Positions 59,045 to 64,000 of a stretch of DNA of 64,000 bases are shown one piece after another. Source of the DNA: Alphaproteobacteria bacterium (lineage in GTDB: Bacteria > Pseudomonadota > Alphaproteobacteria > GCA-2731375); contig JADHTB010000009.1 of assembly GCA_016776605.1 (NCBI GenBank), forward strand, positions 31,453-95,452, in the 5' to 3' direction. Positions within the stretch are counted from its first letter, which is position 1. Each line of letters begins with the position of its first letter. The notes under the pieces were generated by a model that saw only the letters and a program-made list of their open reading frames with translations, had not been told where the DNA came from and searched no databases. The translations under genes were made by a program, and so were the position numbers.

Positions 59045-59605
59045 ATGAAAAAATGGGCTGGCATGCTTGCGCTTCTCCTGCCGCTGACTTTCGGACCGGC
59101 GGGTAGCGCCTGGGCGGATCAAACCGATCCGCGGCTGGATGAATTATTCGTCCATTTGCAAGATGTCGAAACCTCCGCACAGGCCCGTTCGGTCGAACAA
59201 TTGATCTGGAACGTCTGGCTGGAAAGCGAAAGCCCGACCCTGAGATTGCTCATGGGGCGGGTGGCCACGGCCATGGGGCAGCAGAATTTTATCGCCGCCC
59301 TGAAAATCCTGGACAGCGTGGTCGCCATCGCCCCGAATTACGCCGAAGGTTGGAACAAGCGGGCCACGGTCTATTTCCTGCTGGGTCAATATGAAGACTC
59401 CATGACCGATGTGGAGCGCACCCTGGCCCTGGAACCGCGCCATTTCGGCGCCTTGAGCGGCCTAGGCCTGATCTATATCCGGTTGAAAGACAACGCTGCC
59501 GCCCTGGACGCCTACGAACGGGCCCTAACGGTCAATCCCCACCTGGTGCAAGCCAGGGCAGAGGTGAAACGCCTGCGCCGCAAGGTGAAGGGCGAAAATA
59601 TCTAG
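59045..59605 (+). CDS. Exported tetratricopeptide repeat protein
   Basis: Signal peptide ending AWA; PNYAEGWNKRAT, LEPRHFGALSGLG. Confidence 0.9.
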   Translation: MKKWAGMLALLLPLTFGPAGSAWADQTDPRLDELFVHLQDVETSAQARSVEQLIWNVWLESESPTLRLLMGRVATAMGQQNFIAALKILDSVVAIAPNYAEGWNKRATVYFLLGQYEDSMTDVERTLALEPRHFGALSGLGLIYIRLKDNAAALDAYERALTVNPHLVQARAEVKRLRRKVKGENI

Positions 59606-59635
59606 CCCATACCGGGATTGATTTGGGAAACGCCT

Positions 59636-61051
59636 CTAGGGCACCCAGGCGATGCGGAGGCTGTTGGTGGCGCCGGGGGTGCCGAACGGGACGCCGGCGG
59701 TGATCACCAGACGGTCACCGGATTCGGCGATGCCGCAGTCGGCGGCGGTGCGGCAGGCCCGATCCACCATATCCGTAAAACCCGAAGCATCCGCGCTATG
59801 CACGCATATAAGGCCCCAGGCCACGGCCAGGCGCCGGGCCGTGATCAGACTGGGTGTCAGCACCAGGATTGGCACGGGAGGCCGCTCCCGCGCCGCACGA
59901 AGGGCGGTGGAGCCGGACGTGGTGTAGGTGACGATCGCGGTCGCCGAGATGGTTTCCGCGACCTGGCGGGCGGCGGCGGTAATGGCATCGGCGGATGTCG
60001 CCTCCGGGTCCGCATGTTCGGCGTCCATGAATTTGCGGTAGCCGGGATCCCCCTCGACCTGGGCCGCAACCCGGTCCATGACCGCAACAGCGGCAATAGG
60101 ATAGCCACCCGATGCGGTTTCGCCTGACAGCATGACCGCATCGGCGCCATCATATACGGCGGTCGCGACGTCGGAAACCTCGGCTCGCGTTGGCACTGGC
60201 GCAGCGATCATGCTTTCCAGCATCTGGGTCGCCACGACCACCGGCTTGCCGGCACGCCGGGCGCGGCGCACCAGATCCTTTTGCAAGGCCGGGACTTCCT
60301 CCACCGGCAATTCCACCCCAAGGTCGCCACGCGCGACCATGATGGCATCGGCCAGTTCGATGATCTCGTCGATCTGGTGCAATGCCGCCGGCTTTTCTAT
60401 TTTTGCCATAATCGCCGCACGGCCGGCGATCAAGCGCCGCGCCTCGGCAATATCCTCGGGCCGTTGCACAAACGACAAGGCAACCCAATCCACGCCGGCA
60501 TCCAGCGCAAAGCGCAAGTCGGCCTGATCCTTGACCGTCATCGGGCCCACGGGCAACAAAGCCTGCGGCAGGTTGACGCCCTTGCGGTCGCTGAGATGCC
60601 CGCCCGTGATGACCTTGCATTCGGCGAAGTCAGCGCCTGACCGGATGACGTTCAGGCGGATGCGGCCATCGTCGATCAATAAATCCATGCCCTGTTCCAG
60701 AGCCGCAAAAACTTCTGGATGGGGCAGGGGCGCCCGGTGACCGTCCCCCGACGCGCCGTTCATATCAAGTCGGTAGGCGCTGCCGACGGCGAGATCCACG
60801 CCGCCGCCCGTAATCGTACCGATGCGGATTTTCGGGCCCTGTAGATCCGCCATGACACCAATGGGTACGCCGACGGATTGTTCAACCGCGCGTATGGCCG
60901 TCAATCTGGCCTGATGGTCAGCATGCACGCCGTGGCTGAAATTCAGCCGGAACAGATCAGCCCCAGCCGCATGCAGTCCAGCGATCGTATCGAAATCACT
61001 GCTAGCCGGGCCCAGGGTGGCGATAATCTTGGTGGAGCGTTTTCTCTGCAT
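59636..61051 (-). CDS. pyk: Pyruvate kinase
   Basis: TKIIATLGPAS, RLNFSHG, DLQGPKIR, MVARGDLGVE, ATQMLESM. Confidence 0.97.
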   Translation of the reverse strand: MQRKRSTKIIATLGPASSDFDTIAGLHAAGADLFRLNFSHGVHADHQARLTAIRAVEQSVGVPIGVMADLQGPKIRIGTITGGGVDLAVGSAYRLDMNGASGDGHRAPLPHPEVFAALEQGMDLLIDDGRIRLNVIRSGADFAECKVITGGHLSDRKGVNLPQALLPVGPMTVKDQADLRFALDAGVDWVALSFVQRPEDIAEARRLIAGRAAIMAKIEKPAALHQIDEIIELADAIMVARGDLGVELPVEEVPALQKDLVRRARRAGKPVVVATQMLESMIAAPVPTRAEVSDVATAVYDGADAVMLSGETASGGYPIAAVAVMDRVAAQVEGDPGYRKFMDAEHADPEATSADAITAAARQVAETISATAIVTYTTSGSTALRAARERPPVPILVLTPSLITARRLAVAWGLICVHSADASGFTDMVDRACRTAADCGIAESGDRLVITAGVPFGTPGATNSLRIAWVP

Positions 61052-61060
61052 GAATTCAGC

Positions 61061-62347
61061 TTACACGGGATCAATTAATATTGCGCGAAAGTCATTAACG
61101 TTGGTCAGGGTTGGGCCGCAAATCACCAAGTCATCCAGCCCATGAAACAGCCCATAGGCGTCATTATTGGCCAACAGAGCGCCTGGGTTCAAGCCGGCTG
61201 CCGCCGCCCGGGCCAGGGTATTGGGCAAAACCACGGCGCCGGCATTATCTTCCGTGCCATCGATGCCATCGGTGTCGCAGGCGATGGCGCTGATACCCGC
61301 GCGCCCCTCCAGAGCCAAGGCCAGACCCGCCAGATATTCGAGATTACGCCCGCCGCGTCCCGTCCCATGCACCGTGACCGTGGTCTCGCCGCCTGACAGC
61401 AGCGCCGTTCGCCGCCCGGCGGCCTGCCCCGCAATTTGGCTGGCCCGGGCCATCTCGCCATGCCGTGCACCCAGCTCGCGGGCTTCCCCTTCCAGGTCAT
61501 CGCCTAACATCTCCACCTGATAACCCGCCGCCGCCGCGACCTCTGCCGCCGCCGCGAGGGAGCGCGCCGGCGTGGCGATCAGCACGGTCCGGTTATTGGC
61601 CAGGCGGGGATCACCCGGTTTCGGCGTTTCCATTTCAGCCGCCGCCAGATGCCGGGCCACGGCGCTGGGCGGCGTAATCCGATAGTCCGCCAGGATTTTT
61701 CGGGCCTGGGCGAAAGTGGACGGATCGGCCACCGTGGGTCCGGACGCGATGATCGCGGGATCGTCGCCCGGCACGTCGGAAATCAGTAAACTGACAACCC
61801 GTGCCGGGGCCGCCGCCGCGGCCAGCCAGCCGCCCTTGATGGCGGAAAGATGCTTGCGCACCACATTCATTTGGTCGATCGGCGCACCACTGCGCAACAA
61901 TGCCTGGTTCACCGCCTGTTTGTCCGCCAGGCTAAGGCCGGGGCTGGGCAGGCTCAACAACGACGAACCGCCGCCCGATATCAATACCAGCAACAGATCA
62001 TCAGGGCCCAGACCGAATGCCGCCGCAAGGATGCGCGCGGCCGCGGCTGCACCGGCGGCATCGGGCACCGGGTGGGCGGCCTGGATCACTTCGATATAAC
62101 GGGTCGGCAGGGCATGGCCATAACGGGTCACGACCAGACCGGTAATGGCCTCAGGCTCATGATGGTCTTTGGGCCAATGCCGCTCCACCGCCTGGGCCAT
62201 GCTGGCGGCAGCCTTGCCGGCGCCCAGCACCAATGTTCGTCCCGTGGGCGGGGCGGGCAGATGCGGCGGCAGGCAAATCGCCGGATCCGCCGCCGCCACG
62301 GCCGTCTGAAACAATTGGTTCAACAAGGCCCGCGGTTGCGCCGTCAT
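61061..62347 (-). CDS. Glycerate 2-kinase (MOFRL/TtuD family)
   Basis: GAGKAA, ISGGGSSL, SDVPGDD, GGETTV, DTDGIDG, TNVND. Confidence 0.93.
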   Translation of the reverse strand: MTAQPRALLNQLFQTAVAAADPAICLPPHLPAPPTGRTLVLGAGKAAASMAQAVERHWPKDHHEPEAITGLVVTRYGHALPTRYIEVIQAAHPVPDAAGAAAAARILAAAFGLGPDDLLLVLISGGGSSLLSLPSPGLSLADKQAVNQALLRSGAPIDQMNVVRKHLSAIKGGWLAAAAAPARVVSLLISDVPGDDPAIIASGPTVADPSTFAQARKILADYRITPPSAVARHLAAAEMETPKPGDPRLANNRTVLIATPARSLAAAAEVAAAAGYQVEMLGDDLEGEARELGARHGEMARASQIAGQAAGRRTALLSGGETTVTVHGTGRGGRNLEYLAGLALALEGRAGISAIACDTDGIDGTEDNAGAVVLPNTLARAAAAGLNPGALLANNDAYGLFHGLDDLVICGPTLTNVNDFRAILIDPV

Positions 62348-62483
62348 GAGGTTTGCGCCGCAGCCCGTTCGACGGGGAATTCCTGTAAGAAATAGATTTT
62401 AATCGTCATGCCTTCTTCCATCGCGCCCGCCGCATTGCAAAGGGGCTGGGCATTGCCCGGATTAATTCAGCGAACTGGATGCC

Positions 62484-63365
62484 ATGCACAAATTTATCAC
62501 TCAGACATCCAAAGATCCTCGGATAATTTTTATTTTAATCGCGCAGGAGATTTCAGGTAATATCAAACCCGTGAGACAGACGCCAGATATAGAACACACC
62601 AATATCGCGCAAGATTCTTTCAGTGTTGTTAATTCTGAGAGTGCCGCGCCGGTCTTGATCATCTGCGATCATGCCAGCCGCCATGTGCCACCCGAATACG
62701 GCAACCTTGGTTTGCCGGCGAGCCGGTTATCCCAGCATATCGCCTGGGATATTGGCGCCGGCGAGGTGTCGCGGCGCCTGGCCGCCCTCCTTGATGTAAC
62801 TGCGGTTCTGTGCGGGACTTCTCGTCTGGTGATCGACTGCAATCGTCCCTTTGCCGCTGACAGTTCGATCCCAGCCAGCAGTGACGGCGTGGCGATCCCT
62901 GGCAACGCGGCCATTGACGAGGCCGAGCGGCAGCGGCGGATTAGCCGTTATTTTCACCCCTATCATGACGAGATTAGCCGGCAGATAAACCGCCATATGC
63001 AGCACGGCCGCCGACCGGCCCTGATCTCTATACATTCCTTCACACCGGAAATGGATGGCTTTCAGCGGCCCTGGCATGTGGGCCTGCTGTGGGACCAGGA
63101 TCAAAGCCTGGCCGCCCCCATTGTCCGCGAATTGCGCCGTGATCCGGACTTGGTGGTGGGGGAGAACCAGCCTTATGCCGGCGCCAACCCGCCAGGCTAT
63201 GCCCTGGACGCCCATGCCGCGGATAACGGCCTGCCCATCGCCGTGTTTGAAATTCGCCAGGACCTGATCGAGACCGAACAGGGTACGGACCGCTGGGCCG
63301 ATATTCTGGCCGCTGCCTTGCGGCCGGTGCTGGCGGACCATGCCAACGCGCCCTTATCGGGTTAA
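62484..63365 (+). CDS. N-formylglutamate amidohydrolase family protein; start may be GTG 62571
   Basis: CDHAS, HIAWDIGA, SRLVIDCNR, HSFTP, NQPY, EIRQDL. Confidence 0.9.
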   Translation: MHKFITQTSKDPRIIFILIAQEISGNIKPVRQTPDIEHTNIAQDSFSVVNSESAAPVLIICDHASRHVPPEYGNLGLPASRLSQHIAWDIGAGEVSRRLAALLDVTAVLCGTSRLVIDCNRPFAADSSIPASSDGVAIPGNAAIDEAERQRRISRYFHPYHDEISRQINRHMQHGRRPALISIHSFTPEMDGFQRPWHVGLLWDQDQSLAAPIVRELRRDPDLVVGENQPYAGANPPGYALDAHAADNGLPIAVFEIRQDLIETEQGTDRWADILAAALRPVLADHANAPLSG

Positions 63366-63374
63366 GTTGACGCA

Positions 63375-64000
63375 ATGACCATTTCAAGACCGAGCTTTAC
63401 CATGGGCGTGGAGGAGGAATATCTCCTCGTCGACCTAACGACCCGGGATTTGGCGGCCAACCCGCCAGGGGATCTGCTGGCCGAATGCGAAGCCCGCCTT
63501 GGCCACCGGGTCACGGCGGAATTCATGCGCAGCCAGATCGAAGTCTGCACCAGGGTTTGCGCCCATATCGGCGAGGCGCGCGGGGAACTTCAGGAATTGC
63601 GCGGCACGGTGGCCGAGGTTGCAGGTCAATTCGGCCTGGCGCCGATCGCCGCATCGACCCATCCTTTTGCCCATTGGCGCGCGCAAAGCCACACCGACAA
63701 GGAACGCTATGCCGATCTAGCCAACGCCCTACAGGCCACGGCGCGGCGGCTGTTGATATCCGGCATGCACGTCCATGTGGCCGTGGAAGACGAGGACATG
63801 CGTATCGACCTGATGAACCAGGCGACATATTTTCTGCCCCATCTGCTGGCCTTGAGCACCTCATCGCCGTTTTGGGACGGCGAAAATACCGGTCTGATGT
63901 CCTACCGGCTGACCGTGTTCGACGCCCTGCCCCGTACCGGCGTGCCGGAACGTTTCGATTCCTTTGGCGAATACGAACGCCTGGTCAACCGCCTGGTCGG
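63375..64000 (+). CDS. Carboxylate-amine ligase (YbdK/GCS2 family), 3'-truncated by window edge
   Basis: ATG 63375 reads MTISRPSFTMGVEEEYLLVD; SQIEVCT, STHPF, GMHVHV, LALSTSSPFW, PRTG; absent from the ORF track because it has no stop in the window. Confidence 0.92.
   Translation, partial: MTISRPSFTMGVEEEYLLVDLTTRDLAANPPGDLLAECEARLGHRVTAEFMRSQIEVCTRVCAHIGEARGELQELRGTVAEVAGQFGLAPIAASTHPFAHWRAQSHTDKERYADLANALQATARRLLISGMHVHVAVEDEDMRIDLMNQATYFLPHLLALSTSSPFWDGENTGLMSYRLTVFDALPRTGVPERFDSFGEYERLVNRLV

Overview
High-GC bacterial chromosomal segment, most consistent with an Alphaproteobacterium (Rhodospirillales-like gene content and order; inference). Positions 1-45.8 kb are a dense, mixed-orientation patchwork of catabolic and redox enzymes: acyl-CoA dehydrogenases, amidases, two TauD/TfdA dioxygenases, an LLM monooxygenase, VOC proteins, hydrolases, an RND pump and a TPR-CHAT protease. 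Positions 45.9-64 kb are mostly housekeeping: murA-DUF2948-hisG-hisD, tRNA-Thr(GGT), manC, pyk, glycerate kinase and a partial ybdK-like gene. Five things the ORF track misses or does not explain: (1) two genes split by an in-frame TGA at a redox-Cys position with SECIS-like hairpins, i.e. probable selenoproteins (a peroxiredoxin-like protein with UxxC and a UGSC-family protein); (2) four copies of a 105-bp AT-rich palindromic MITE-like element at gene 3' ends, plus solo end motifs that bracket single genes; (3) a compact integrase-less phage/GTA-type genetic switch beside tRNA-Thr (CI-like repressor, GcrA-like domain protein, DUF6456-like protein) with a visible TATACG-N4-CGTATA operator in two promoters; (4) an unannotated 37-aa secreted 4-Cys micropeptide in a low-GC islet; (5) several short tandem duplications at gene ends. 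No CRISPR array, rRNA, transposase or integrase was seen. All family assignments are from motif recognition by eye, not from database searches.
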